From: an uncultured Clostridia bacterium
GTDB lineage: Bacteria; Bacillota; Clostridia; Oscillospirales; CAG-272
Direction of reading: 5' to 3'
Assembly: GCA_947628165.1 (NCBI GenBank)
Contig: CANQYV010000002.1
Location: forward strand, 33,575-97,574
Length of the DNA: 64,000 nt
Shown: piece after piece, positions 28,040 to 37,531 of the stretch
Position numbering within the stretch: the first letter of the stretch is position 1
Layout: every line of letters begins with the position of its first letter
Translations under genes and position numbers: made by a program
Notes under the pieces: model-generated
Told to the model about the DNA's origin: nothing
Seen by the model: the letters and a program-made list of their open reading frames with translations, nothing else
Databases searched by the model: none

Positions 28040-29518
28040 TTACCGCTTCGCCGTTATCCTTAAAACGGAGCATTCGGGCAGCGTGAACGAGAGCCCCTCG
28101 TCAGTTACGGACACTCCGTCGAAAGGCTCCGCCTTGACGTTTTCGGGGGACTCGAACGTGTTGAAGGCATCCATTTTGCCGGTCACTATCTCGGCGTCGA
28201 CGGAGGCGGGCTTGAAGCCGACGAGAACGGCTTCTATCTTTTTCGCGTCCGTGCAGGAGAGGTTGCAGACGGTTATCGTGAGGTTGCCCTCCGCGTCGAG
28301 GGACGCCGACTCGGAAAGGTCGTCAACGCGCACCTTTTCCTCAACGCCGATCTTTTCCTTTTCTATGAAGCTGCCGACGAGCGTCGCGTCCTGATGGGGC
28401 GCGTACATCTTGAAAACGTGGTATGTGGGCGTCAGTATCATCTTCTCGCCGTCGGTCAGTATGACTGACTGGAGCACGTTTATGAGCTGGGCGATGTTCG
28501 CCATTCTGACGCGCTCGCTGTGGTGGTTGAAGATGTTGAGCGTGGCGCCGGCGACGAGGGCGTCGCGGATCGTGTTCTGCTGATAGAGGAAGCCAGGGTT
28601 CGTGCCGGGCTCGACGTCGAACCAGTTGCCCCATTCGTCGACGATGAGGGCGATGCGGCGGTGCGGGTCATAACGGTCCATGATGCGCTCGTGGCCGGAG
28701 ATTATCTCCTCCATTCTGAGCGCGCCCTTCATTGTGAGATACCACTCGCTCTCGTCAAACGCGGTCGCCGAGCCCTTGTGGTCCCAGTTGTGGCATATCG
28801 TGTAGTAGTGGAGCGAAAGACCGCTCATATGGTGACCTGCCAATTTCATCACCGTCTCGGTCCAGTTGTAGTCGTCGGCGTTCGGTCCGCACGCGATCTT
28901 AAAGAGGCGGTGCTCGCCGTAATTGCGGCAGAAGTTTGCGAACCTGCGGTATTCGTCGGCGTAATATTCGGGCCGCATAGAACCGCCGCAGCCCCAGTTT
29001 TCGTTGCCGACGCCGAAGAAGCGGACGCCGAACGGCTCGGGATGCCCGTTTTCTGCGCGCAGATTTGCCATCGGGGAGGTGCCGTCAAAGTTCATGTACT
29101 CTATCCATTCGGACATCTCGGCGACTGTGCCGCTGCCGACGTTGCCGTTTATGTACGGTTCGCAGCCGATCTGACGGCAGAGCTCGAAGAACTCGTGCGT
29201 GCCGAAGCTGTTGTCCTCCGTGACGTCGCCCCAGTTGGTGTTGACCATGAGCTTGCGGTTTTCCTTCGGTCCTATGCCGTCGCGCCAGTGGTATTCGTCA
29301 GCGAAGCATCCGCCCGGCCAGCGAAGGACGGGCAGCTTCATCTCGCGCAGCGCCTTCACGATATCGGTCCTCATCCCTGCTTCATTCGGGATGGGGGAGC
29401 CTTCTCCGACATAAATGCCGTTATAAATGCATCTGCCGAGATGCTCTGAAAAATTGCCGTATATGTTTTTGTCGATACGGCTTCTCTTGTCGTAGGTGTT
29501 GATGACGAGCTTGCTCAT
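28040..29518 (-). CDS. abfA: GH51 alpha-L-arabinofuranosidase
   Basis: 492 aa. [44 protein letters not shown] (acid/base Glu context), DEWGNW. Confidence 0.9.
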   Translation of the reverse strand: MSKLVINTYDKRSRIDKNIYGNFSEHLGRCIYNGIYVGEGSPIPNEAGMRTDIVKALREMKLPVLRWPGGCFADEYHWRDGIGPKENRKLMVNTNWGDVTEDNSFGTHEFFELCRQIGCEPYINGNVGSGTVAEMSEWIEYMNFDGTSPMANLRAENGHPEPFGVRFFGVGNENWGCGGSMRPEYYADEYRRFANFCRNYGEHRLFKIACGPNADDYNWTETVMKLAGHHMSGLSLHYYTICHNWDHKGSATAFDESEWYLTMKGALRMEEIISGHERIMDRYDPHRRIALIVDEWGNWFDVEPGTNPGFLYQQNTIRDALVAGATLNIFNHHSERVRMANIAQLINVLQSVILTDGEKMILTPTYHVFKMYAPHQDATLVGSFIEKEKIGVEEKVRVDDLSESASLDAEGNLTITVCNLSCTDAKKIEAVLVGFKPASVDAEIVTGKMDAFNTFESPENVKAEPFDGVSVTDEGLSFTLPECSVLRITAKR

Positions 29519-29753
29519 AATTGTCCTCTTTCGGGTTTGGGGCGGGAGCCCATGATGATTTTTTCTTTTTTGCAGCCTTTGCCGTGTACATTTTAACCGA
29601 TACCGCCGCGTTTGTCAACAACAACAAGCGCCGTTCGGGAAAAAAACGGCGAAAGGAAAAAAACGGGACGAAAATCATAAAATCTATTGGCGCGGGGACG
29701 AAAATGTGGTATCATTTATAGCGTAGATATGTCAGGAAAGGAAGCATTTCAAA

Positions 29754-30806
29754 TTGCTCGATTTTTATGATCTGCTCTCCTCTCTGTCGTCGCTTTCGTC
29801 GCTGACGGGAAACGAAAAGGCGGAGTCGGAGAAGCTGTTTCTGCTTTTGTCGCAATATTTTGACGAGTGGCATTCGGACAACGTCGGGAACCACATCTTT
29901 CACCGACGCGCCGGGACGCCCGACGCTCCGAAGCTCATGATAGACGCGCATTACGACGCGGTCGGTCTCGTCACGACGGAAATAACGAAGGAGGGCTGCC
30001 TTCGCGTGACGCGGCTCGGCGGCGTCGACAGGCGCGTTCTTCCCGCCGCGGAGGTCACGATACACGCGAAAAAGGAGCTGTTCGGCGTCATCGCGTCGAC
30101 GCCGCCTCACCTGCTCTCGGGTGACGCGAGGAAAAAGGTCCCCGAGATAGAGGACATGATAGTAGACACGGGATACACGAAGGCGGAGCTTGAAGAAATG
30201 GGCGTCCGCGCGGGCGTGCCCGTCAGCTTCAGGGCGCCTTTCACGCGGCTGCTCGGCAACAGGGCTGCGGGCGCCGCGTTTGACGACAAGGCGTGCCTCG
30301 CCACAGCAATCCTCGCCGTCGACATGATGGGAGAGGACAGAGGCAGATTCGACACATACGTCGTCGCGTCCGCGGCGGAGGAGACGGGAATGTCGGGTGC
30401 CGCGAAGGCGGCGTTCGCGATAAAGCCCGACATCGCGCTCGTGCTCGACGTCGGCTTCGGCACGTCTCCGTGCGCGCCCGAGAAGAACGGCACGTCTCCT
30501 TTAGGCTCGGGCGTCATCGTCTCGGTCTCAGCATCGACGAGCGTGAAGCTGACGCGCCGCATCATGAGGCTCGCGGACGACAGCGAGATAAAGTACACGG
30601 TCTCGGCGGAGCCCTCGGACACGGGCACGAACGGGGACGATGTGACGCTCACGGAGGCGGGGATCCCGACGGTCGTTTTGGGAATACCGCTCCGCTCCAT
30701 GCACACTCCCGCCGAGGTCATAGACGAGGACGATGCAAAAGAGCTTGCAAAGCTCGTATGTGCGGTCATGAGAGACCGCGGAACGGAGGTGTTCTGCCGT
30801 GGGTAA
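29754..30806 (+). CDS. M42-family (TET/FrvX/CelM-like) metallopeptidase, paralog 1
   Basis: [23 protein letters not shown], and SMHTPAEV motifs. TTG start. Confidence 0.85.
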   Translation: MLDFYDLLSSLSSLSSLTGNEKAESEKLFLLLSQYFDEWHSDNVGNHIFHRRAGTPDAPKLMIDAHYDAVGLVTTEITKEGCLRVTRLGGVDRRVLPAAEVTIHAKKELFGVIASTPPHLLSGDARKKVPEIEDMIVDTGYTKAELEEMGVRAGVPVSFRAPFTRLLGNRAAGAAFDDKACLATAILAVDMMGEDRGRFDTYVVASAAEETGMSGAAKAAFAIKPDIALVLDVGFGTSPCAPEKNGTSPLGSGVIVSVSASTSVKLTRRIMRLADDSEIKYTVSAEPSDTGTNGDDVTLTEAGIPTVVLGIPLRSMHTPAEVIDEDDAKELAKLVCAVMRDRGTEVFCRG

Positions 30807-31878
30807 AGAGCTGCTTTCGGGAGATATGCTCCTGCGCGCGCTTTCGCTCGCGTTCGGTCCGACGGGCTGCGAGGACAACGTGGCGGAGCTCATAGAGGAA
30901 CAAATAAGGGACTTTGCGGACGAGATAAAGAAGGACAAGATGGGCAGCCTCACGGCCGTTGTGTACGGAAAGGATCACGGCACCGAAAACGAGCGCCGTG
31001 TGATGTTCTCCGCTCACATGGATGAGGTCGGCTTCATGATAACGAACGTGAACGCGGACGGGACGCTGTCGTTTGCGACGCTCGGCGGCATCGTCGGCGC
31101 CGCGCTGCCTGCGCGCCGCGTCACCGTCGGAGACGAGAACAACAAGCTCCCCGGCGTCATCGGGACGAAGGCGATACACCAGCTCGAGGGCGACGAACGC
31201 GCCGCCATGCCGAAGGTGTCGGAGCTTTATATCGACATCGGAGCGAAGGACCGCGAGGATGCCGAGCACTATGTGAAGCGCGGCGACTTTGCGACATTCT
31301 CCTCGGAATACGTCCGCTTCGGCCCGGGGGAAAAATATATAAAGGGCAAGGCGCTTGACGACAGGGTCGGCTGCGCGGTCCTGATAGGGCTTCTGCGCTC
31401 GCTCAAGAAGAGAGAGGAGAGGCTGCCGCACGACGTTATATGCGCCTTCACCGTTCGCGAGGAGATCGGCAAGTCGGGAGCGATGACGACGGCATATGAC
31501 AGGGACCCGCACATGGCGTTCGTGCTCGAGGCGACGGCAGTCGCCGACAATACGGGCGCGCCACGCGAAAAAGAGGTCGCGCGTCTCGGAGAGGGACCCG
31601 CGATATCGTTCTTTGACCGCTCGACGATATATCTGCGCGACGTATACGAGTTCGTGCTTGAGACTGCACGCGAGCACGGGATAAAGGCGCAGCCGAAGAG
31701 GTACGTCTCCGGCGGCAACGACGCCGGCCATATCCACAAGACGCGGGCGGGCATAAGGACGGCGGCGATATCGGCGCCTGCGAGATATATCCACACGGCG
31801 TCCTGCGTTATAAACGACGACGACTTCCATGCGATGGAGAGCCTCGCGCTCGCTCTCGCGGAGAGCGTCAGACTGTGA
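30799..31878 (+). CDS. M42-family metallopeptidase, paralog 2
   Basis: [33 protein letters not shown] start with a ggagg RBS, overlapping paralog 1 by 8 nt. Confidence 0.88.
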   Translation: MGKELLSGDMLLRALSLAFGPTGCEDNVAELIEEQIRDFADEIKKDKMGSLTAVVYGKDHGTENERRVMFSAHMDEVGFMITNVNADGTLSFATLGGIVGAALPARRVTVGDENNKLPGVIGTKAIHQLEGDERAAMPKVSELYIDIGAKDREDAEHYVKRGDFATFSSEYVRFGPGEKYIKGKALDDRVGCAVLIGLLRSLKKREERLPHDVICAFTVREEIGKSGAMTTAYDRDPHMAFVLEATAVADNTGAPREKEVARLGEGPAISFFDRSTIYLRDVYEFVLETAREHGIKAQPKRYVSGGNDAGHIHKTRAGIRTAAISAPARYIHTASCVINDDDFHAMESLALALAESVRL

Positions 31879-31896
31879 TTTTTGGGAGGGAAAACG

Positions 31897-32886
31897 ATGT
31901 ATACGCTGCTTCGTGAGCTTACAAAGCCTCTCGGCGTTTCGGGCAGAGAGGAAAAAATAAGAGAGGTCATAAAGGAAAAGATCGCGCCGTATGTCGACGA
32001 GGTTTACGCGGACGCGCTCGGCAACCTCATCGCGCACAGGCGCGGGGAGGCGGGAGCGGAGAAGCTGATGTTCGCCGCGCATATGGACGAGATAGGCTTT
32101 TTCGTCACCGAGATAGACGACGACGGCTGCGTTCACTTTTCAAACGCGGGCGGCATCCACTACGACGCCGCCGTGTTCGGAAACGTGGTATTTGAAAACG
32201 GCGTCCGCGGCGTGCTCGTGCCGAAGGGAGGCGTGAGCGAGCCGAAGGCGGACGACTGCCGAGTCGACATAGGCGCACGCTCGCGCCGCGAGGCGGAGCG
32301 CCGCGTCAGGACCGGAGACACGTTCGCGCTCGAGTCGGGCGTCAGAAGGATCGCGGGCGGCAGGGTCGCCGGCAGACCGATAGACGACAGGATAGGCTGC
32401 GCCGTCCTGATAGAGGCGGCAAAGAGGATGAAGAACTCGAAGTACGACGTCTACTTCTGCTTTACGGTGCAGGAGGAGGTCGGCTGCCGCGGCTCTAAGA
32501 CGGCGGCATACGGCATCATGCCCGACATCGCTGTGGCGGTTGACATCACGGGCGCGGGAGACACGCCCGGTGCGCCGCGAACGGGGGTAAAGCTCGGCGG
32601 CGGCGCTGCGATAAAGATAAAGGACGCCTCCGTCATCTGCGACCCGAAGCTCGTCGACAGGATGGAGGAGCTCTGCCGCGAGCACGGCATAAAGCATCAG
32701 TTCGAGGTGCTGACGCGCGGCGGCACGGACACCTCGTCGATGCAGTCCGCGGGCGCGGGCAGCAGAGCCGGATGCATCTCGATCCCGACGAGATTTTCGC
32801 ACACCCCGGTCGAGATGATAGATATGGCGGACGTCGAGGAGTGCGCGAAGCTCGCGGTCTGCCTCATCGAAAACGGCGCGGAATAA
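31897..32886 (+). CDS. M42-family metallopeptidase, paralog 3
   Basis: AAHMDEIGF, IDDRIGCAV, VQEEVG, TRFSHTPVE. gggaggg RBS before ATG 31897. Confidence 0.88.
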   Translation: MYTLLRELTKPLGVSGREEKIREVIKEKIAPYVDEVYADALGNLIAHRRGEAGAEKLMFAAHMDEIGFFVTEIDDDGCVHFSNAGGIHYDAAVFGNVVFENGVRGVLVPKGGVSEPKADDCRVDIGARSRREAERRVRTGDTFALESGVRRIAGGRVAGRPIDDRIGCAVLIEAAKRMKNSKYDVYFCFTVQEEVGCRGSKTAAYGIMPDIAVAVDITGAGDTPGAPRTGVKLGGGAAIKIKDASVICDPKLVDRMEELCREHGIKHQFEVLTRGGTDTSSMQSAGAGSRAGCISIPTRFSHTPVEMIDMADVEECAKLAVCLIENGAE

Positions 32887-32923
32887 TAAAGAAAATCGAA
32901 ATAAAAAGGAAAGGGCAAAAAGT

Positions 32924-33517
32924 ATGGAAAACCTGAAAAGATATTCGATGCAGATAATAGAGGCGGCGGCGGAGCTCCTGCTCGGCGTCGTGCTCCTTAT
33001 CGACCCCAAGGGCTTCACCTCCGCTGTCGTGGTCGTCGCCGGCGCGTTCGCGCTCGTGGCGGGTGTCGTCTCCGTCGTGAAATATCTCGGGACGGACCCC
33101 GTCTCGGCGATGAAGGAGCACGCGCTCTCAAGCGGGCTGTTCTTTGTCGCTGTCGGTCTCTTCTGCATATTCAAAACGTCCTGGGTCATTGACACCTTCA
33201 GCGCGGTAACGGTGCTTTACGGATTTGTGACGCTCGTTTTCGGCTTCGTAAAGATACAGAATACGGCGGACCTTCTGCGCCTGAAGCAGCGCGGCTGGGC
33301 GTTCTGCGGGGTGAACGCGATACTTACTGTCGCATTCGCCGCCGTGATGCTGCTGAATCCGTTTGAAACGCTCGACATGCTCTGCCGTTTCACGGGCGCA
33401 TCTCTTGTGGTGATAGCGGTGCTCGACTTTGCGGCGATGATAGCGGGCGCTGTCGTGTCGCGCAAACGCGGCGACAGGGGCGTGCTCGAAGAGGAAGACC
33501 ACGGGGACGAGGCGTGA
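32924..33517 (+). CDS. HdeD/DUF308-like membrane protein
   Basis: Six hydrophobic helices with repeated G-x-hydrophobic-x-x-G DUF308-type segments. Confidence 0.65.
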   Translation: MENLKRYSMQIIEAAAELLLGVVLLIDPKGFTSAVVVVAGAFALVAGVVSVVKYLGTDPVSAMKEHALSSGLFFVAVGLFCIFKTSWVIDTFSAVTVLYGFVTLVFGFVKIQNTADLLRLKQRGWAFCGVNAILTVAFAAVMLLNPFETLDMLCRFTGASLVVIAVLDFAAMIAGAVVSRKRGDRGVLEEEDHGDEA

Positions 33518-33550
33518 GATCCTTATTCCGGCGGGAAAATAAAGCGCAGC

Positions 33551-33589
33551 AAAAAAAGGGAGGGGTGTGTCCCCTCCCCGATTTTTTTG
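33551..33589. terminator. bidirectional intrinsic terminator
   Basis: aaaaaaaGGGAGGGGtgtgtCCCCTCCCcgattttttt, between convergent genes. Confidence 0.8.
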
Positions 33590-33591
33590 TG

Positions 33592-35514
33592 TCACTTTGT
33601 CTCTTCTATTTCGTCGAGCTCGTCGAGCCATATGCGGGCGCAGGCGTCGCTCGGCATACGGAGGTCTCCGCGCGGGGAGACGGCGACGCTTCCGACCTTC
33701 GGCCCGTCTGGCAGGCAGGAGCGCTTGAACTGCTGAGCGAAAAAGCGCTTCAGGAATACGCGGAGCCAGTGAAGAATGACGGGCGGCTCGTATTCGCCCT
33801 CGAACGCGCGGCAGGCGAGCCTGTATATTTTCTTCGGCGAAAATCCGGCGCGGAGCATGTAGTAGAGGAAGAAATCGTGCAGCTCGTAGGGCCCGACGAG
33901 ATCCTCCGTTTTCTGCGAGATAACGCCGTCCTCGGGCGGCAGAAGCTCGGGGCTGACGGGGGTGTCGAGAATGTCGTTGAGCGTTTTAGACAGCTCCGCT
34001 TTGCCGCAGGTGTCGGCATAATATCCGACAAGGTAGCGCACAAGCGTTTTCGGGACCGAGACGTTGACGGCGTACATAGACATGTGGTCGCCGTTATACG
34101 TCGCCCAGCCGAGCGCGAGCTCCGAGAGGTCGCCGGTTCCGATGACGAGCCCGCCTGTCTTGTTCGCTGTGTCCATGAGAACCTGCGTCCGCTCTCTCGC
34201 CTGCGAATTTTCGTAAGTCACGTCGCGGACGTCCTCGCTTTGCCCTATGTCTCGGAAATGGAGGCGCACGGCGTCCGATATGGGGATGTTTTTGAGCGTT
34301 GCGCCGACGCTTTCGGCGAGGCGGCACGCGTTGCCGTATGTGCGGTCGGTCGTGCCGAAGCACGGCATCGTGACGGCGATGATGTTTTCGCGCCGCAGAC
34401 CGCAAAGGTCGAAGGCGCGGGCGGTCACGAGCAGCGCGAGCGTCGAGTCGAGCCCGCCCGAGATGCCGATGACGGCGCTCCCGCAGCCGGTGTGGCGGAG
34501 GCGCTTTTCAAGCCCCTTTGCCTGCATCGTCAGTATCTCGTCGCAGCGGCGGTCGCGGTCCTCCTTTCCGCCGGGAACGAACGGGCGGGGAGAAAAGCGG
34601 CGCGTCAGCTCGGTTTTCTCCATCCGCAGGTCGAAGGGGATGACGGTGTAGCCCTCATCATGACATTTCGGATACGTCGTCATGCGGCGGCGCTCCGAGA
34701 CGAGGCGCGAGACGTCGAGCTCGGTATAGACGGTGCCGTTTTTAAACCTCGGGGACTCGGCGAGCACGGTTCCGTTTTCGGCTATGATGTTGTGGCCGCC
34801 GAATACGAGGTCCGTTGTCGACTCGCCGTCTCCGGCACAGGCGTAAACGTATCCGCAGACGAGGCGGGCGGACTGCCCCGAGACAAGGTCGCGGCGGTAT
34901 GCGTCCTTCCCCGCCGCCTCGTCGCTCGCGGAGAGATTGACGATGACGGTCGCGCCCGCCTCCGCGTGCCTTATGCTCGGCGGACACGGCACCCAAAGGT
35001 CCTCGCATATCTCGCAGGCGACTGTGAGCGCGGGAACCGAGGCGCAGGAGAAGATTATGTCCGTGCCGAACGGCACCTCCTCTTTGCCGAGCGTGACATG
35101 GGTGACGCGGCGGTCCCCGGGCGTAAAGTGGCGTCCTTCGTAAAATTCGTTATATGAAGGAAGGTATGTTTTCGGAATAAGGGCGAGAACGCGCCCGCGG
35201 CAGAGCGCCGCCGAGACGTTATAGAGCTTGCGTCCCGCCTCGAACGGGAGCCCGACGAAGATGAGGGCGTCAAGGTTCTTTGTTGCGTCCGCGAGAGCGA
35301 GCAGCTCGTCCTTTGCGGCGTCCGTCATGCGCGGCTGCCAGAAGAGATCCTGACATGTGTATCCCGTGAGGCAGAGCTCGGGAAAAACTATGAGCTTCGC
35401 GCCGGCGCCGGCTGCCTCTTTTGCCGCCGCCTCGATGCTTTGCCTGTTGTATACGCAGTCGGCGACCTTTATGTCCGGCGTGCACGCCGCTGTCTTTATA
35501 AATCCGTCTTTCAC
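33592..35514 (-). CDS. nadE: glutamine-dependent NAD+ synthetase (C-N hydrolase + NAD synthetase domains)
   Basis: 640 aa. N-terminal nitrilase-like domain (LIVFPELCLTGY), SGGLDS PP-loop, and LALGWATYNGDHMS. Confidence 0.92.
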   Translation of the reverse strand: MKDGFIKTAACTPDIKVADCVYNRQSIEAAAKEAAGAGAKLIVFPELCLTGYTCQDLFWQPRMTDAAKDELLALADATKNLDALIFVGLPFEAGRKLYNVSAALCRGRVLALIPKTYLPSYNEFYEGRHFTPGDRRVTHVTLGKEEVPFGTDIIFSCASVPALTVACEICEDLWVPCPPSIRHAEAGATVIVNLSASDEAAGKDAYRRDLVSGQSARLVCGYVYACAGDGESTTDLVFGGHNIIAENGTVLAESPRFKNGTVYTELDVSRLVSERRRMTTYPKCHDEGYTVIPFDLRMEKTELTRRFSPRPFVPGGKEDRDRRCDEILTMQAKGLEKRLRHTGCGSAVIGISGGLDSTLALLVTARAFDLCGLRRENIIAVTMPCFGTTDRTYGNACRLAESVGATLKNIPISDAVRLHFRDIGQSEDVRDVTYENSQARERTQVLMDTANKTGGLVIGTGDLSELALGWATYNGDHMSMYAVNVSVPKTLVRYLVGYYADTCGKAELSKTLNDILDTPVSPELLPPEDGVISQKTEDLVGPYELHDFFLYYMLRAGFSPKKIYRLACRAFEGEYEPPVILHWLRVFLKRFFAQQFKRSCLPDGPKVGSVAVSPRGDLRMPSDACARIWLDELDEIEETK

Positions 35515-35665
35515 AGTTTATTACCTCGCAAAAGCGCCTTTTCGTTTCTATTATAACCTCCGCGGACGAAAAATTCAAGTATAAGCAAGATATTGCCGCC
35601 GTACGGTGTTGCACCGGAGCGGCAAATCTGATAAAATAGAATCGGAAAAAAGGAGGAGCGGACAT

Positions 35666-36673
35666 ATGCCTTTTTATATCGTAAGGAACGACATAACGAA
35701 AATGGAGTGCGACGCCGTCGTAAACGCGGCGAACAACTCGCTGCTCGGCGGAGGCGGCGTCGACGGAGCCATCCATCGCGCGGCGGGCCCGGAGCTGCTC
35801 GAAGAGTGCAGAAAGCTCGGCGGCTGCGAGACGGGGCAGGCGAAAATAACGTCCGCATACCGGCTGCCATGCAGGTATGTCATACATACCGTCGGACCCG
35901 TGTGGCAGGGCGGCGGGCACGGCGAGCGCGCGCTTCTCGCCTCATGCTATAAAAACTCGCTCTTGCTCGCGGAGGCGAACGGGTGCGAAACGGTCGCGTT
36001 CCCGCTCATTTCCGCCGGAGTCTACGGATACCCGAGGCGCGAGGCGATGAACGTCGCAGCAGAGACGATAGAAGACTTTCTTCGCGGCTCCGATATGACA
36101 GTATATCTCGTTGTGTTCGACCGCGGCTCGTACGAGGCGGGCGGCGAGCTCTTCCCCGAGATAAAGGCATATATCGACGACGTTTATGCCGAGGCGCACG
36201 CGGACAAAATGCGGCGGCGTACAGCGTTCGGCGAGTCAATGCCGATGTATAATGCGGCGGCGCCGAGCGCCGTGCCGAGCGCCGCGCGCAAAGCGGCGGA
36301 CCCGGGGCTCGCGGCAGCCGTCAGAAGGCTTGACGAGAGCTTTTCCGAGATGCTTTTGCGGAAGATTGACGAGCGGGGCATAAAGGACAGCGTCTGCTAC
36401 AAGCGCGCAAACGTTGACAGAAAGCTCTTTTCAAAGATACGGAGCAACAAAAACTACCATCCGAAAAAGGAGACCGCGATCGCGTTTGCAGTGGCGCTCG
36501 AGCTCGATATAGACGAAACTAGGGAGCTTCTCATGAAGGCGGGGTTTGCCCTGTCGCACAGCAGCAAGGCGGACATCATCGTCGAGTATTTCATAAAACA
36601 CGGCGAATACGACGTGATGAAGATAAACGAGGCGCTGTTCGCGTTCGATCAGTCGCTGCTCGGCGGACAATAA
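35666..36673 (+). CDS. macro-domain (MacroD/YmdB-type ADP-ribose hydrolase) protein fused to a C-terminal HTH-like domain
   Basis: [26 protein letters not shown] and [13 protein letters not shown]. Ala/Pro linker, then ~110 aa of predicted helices ([22 protein letters not shown]). aaaggagg RBS. Confidence 0.85.
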   Translation: MPFYIVRNDITKMECDAVVNAANNSLLGGGGVDGAIHRAAGPELLEECRKLGGCETGQAKITSAYRLPCRYVIHTVGPVWQGGGHGERALLASCYKNSLLLAEANGCETVAFPLISAGVYGYPRREAMNVAAETIEDFLRGSDMTVYLVVFDRGSYEAGGELFPEIKAYIDDVYAEAHADKMRRRTAFGESMPMYNAAAPSAVPSAARKAADPGLAAAVRRLDESFSEMLLRKIDERGIKDSVCYKRANVDRKLFSKIRSNKNYHPKKETAIAFAVALELDIDETRELLMKAGFALSHSSKADIIVEYFIKHGEYDVMKINEALFAFDQSLLGGQ

Positions 36674-36691
36674 AAATTAATCCGAAATACT

Positions 36692-36726
36692 AAAAAAAAT
36701 GTCGCCTTCCGGGCGACCTTTTTTTC
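36692..36726 (+). terminator. intrinsic terminator
   Basis: aaaaaaaatGTCGCCttccgGGCGACcttttttt. Confidence 0.75.
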
Positions 36727-36789
36727 TCCCGACCCGGGTATAATGGACACAGAAAAAGCCCGGGAGGGACGAAAACGGAGGTAGAAATA

Positions 36790-37446
36790 ATGAAAAATAC
36801 GGAAAAGAAAAACGGGATAACGGAGCTTGTGTTCATACTCGACAAAAGCGGCTCCATGTCGGGACTCGAGGACGACACCGTCGGCGGCTTCAATTCGATG
36901 CTGGAAAAACAGCGCGAGCGCGACGGGGTCTGCTTCGTCTCGACTGTGCTCTTCAACGAGAGAAGCACCGTCATACACGACAGGGTGCGCCTTTCCGATG
37001 TGGAGAGGCTGACGCGGGCGGACTACGTTCCCTGCGGCTCGACGGCGCTGCTCGACGCCGTCGGAGACGCGATACATCACATTGCGAACATACACAAATA
37101 CGCGCGCCCCGAGGACGTCCCGGAGCACACGATGTTCGTCATCACGACGGACGGAATGGAAAACGCGAGCCGCCGCTACGAAAAGGAAAAGATAAAGCGC
37201 ATGATAGAGGAAAAGCAGAGCCGTGACGGCTGGGAATTTCTCTTCATCGGCGCTAACATTGACGCCGTTTCGACGGCGGCGGGCTACGGCATAAAGCGCG
37301 GGCGCGCCGTCGAATACCGCGCCGACAGAGAGGGCACGCGTGCCGTCTACGAGGCGGTCTCACTCGCCGCCAACATGGTCAGAGGCGGCGGGGTCGATGA
37401 GACCTGGAGCCTCGGCATATCGGAGGACATGAAGAAAAGAAGATAG
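36790..37446 (+). CDS. stand-alone von Willebrand factor A (vWA) domain protein
   Basis: MIDAS motif ILDKSGSMSG, plus ..GSTAL.. and ..ITTDGMEN. Confidence 0.8.
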   Translation: MKNTEKKNGITELVFILDKSGSMSGLEDDTVGGFNSMLEKQRERDGVCFVSTVLFNERSTVIHDRVRLSDVERLTRADYVPCGSTALLDAVGDAIHHIANIHKYARPEDVPEHTMFVITTDGMENASRRYEKEKIKRMIEEKQSRDGWEFLFIGANIDAVSTAAGYGIKRGRAVEYRADREGTRAVYEAVSLAANMVRGGGVDETWSLGISEDMKKRR

Positions 37447-37483
37447 AAAAACAAAGGCTGCCGCATCTCGGCAGCCTTTGTTT
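37447..37483. terminator. bidirectional intrinsic terminator
   Basis: aaaaacaaaGGCTGCCGcatctCGGCAGCCtttgttt. Confidence 0.8.
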
Positions 37484-37531
37484 AACATATGTGCAAAGGG
37501 AAAATCAGCCCAAAGGTCAAATCCTGTTTGT

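Noticed and set aside
30766-32136. 456-aa minus-strand ORF, plus similar ones at 40194..41528, 42468..43805 and 32140..33195
   Set aside because: All are antisense to motif-supported genes (M42 peptidases, dapA/dapB, dapL). They are GC-content artefacts.
33514-35157. 547-aa ORF on the plus strand
   Set aside because: It is antisense to nadE, whose domains are unambiguous. The translation is low-complexity Arg/Ala/Gly-rich.
36790-37446. The stand-alone vWA protein as a TerY-like partner of the TerB-domain cluster
   Set aside because: It lies 9.5 kb away, separated by a DUF2079 gene and the housekeeping dap operon. It has its own terminators, and no kinase or phosphatase partners are present.
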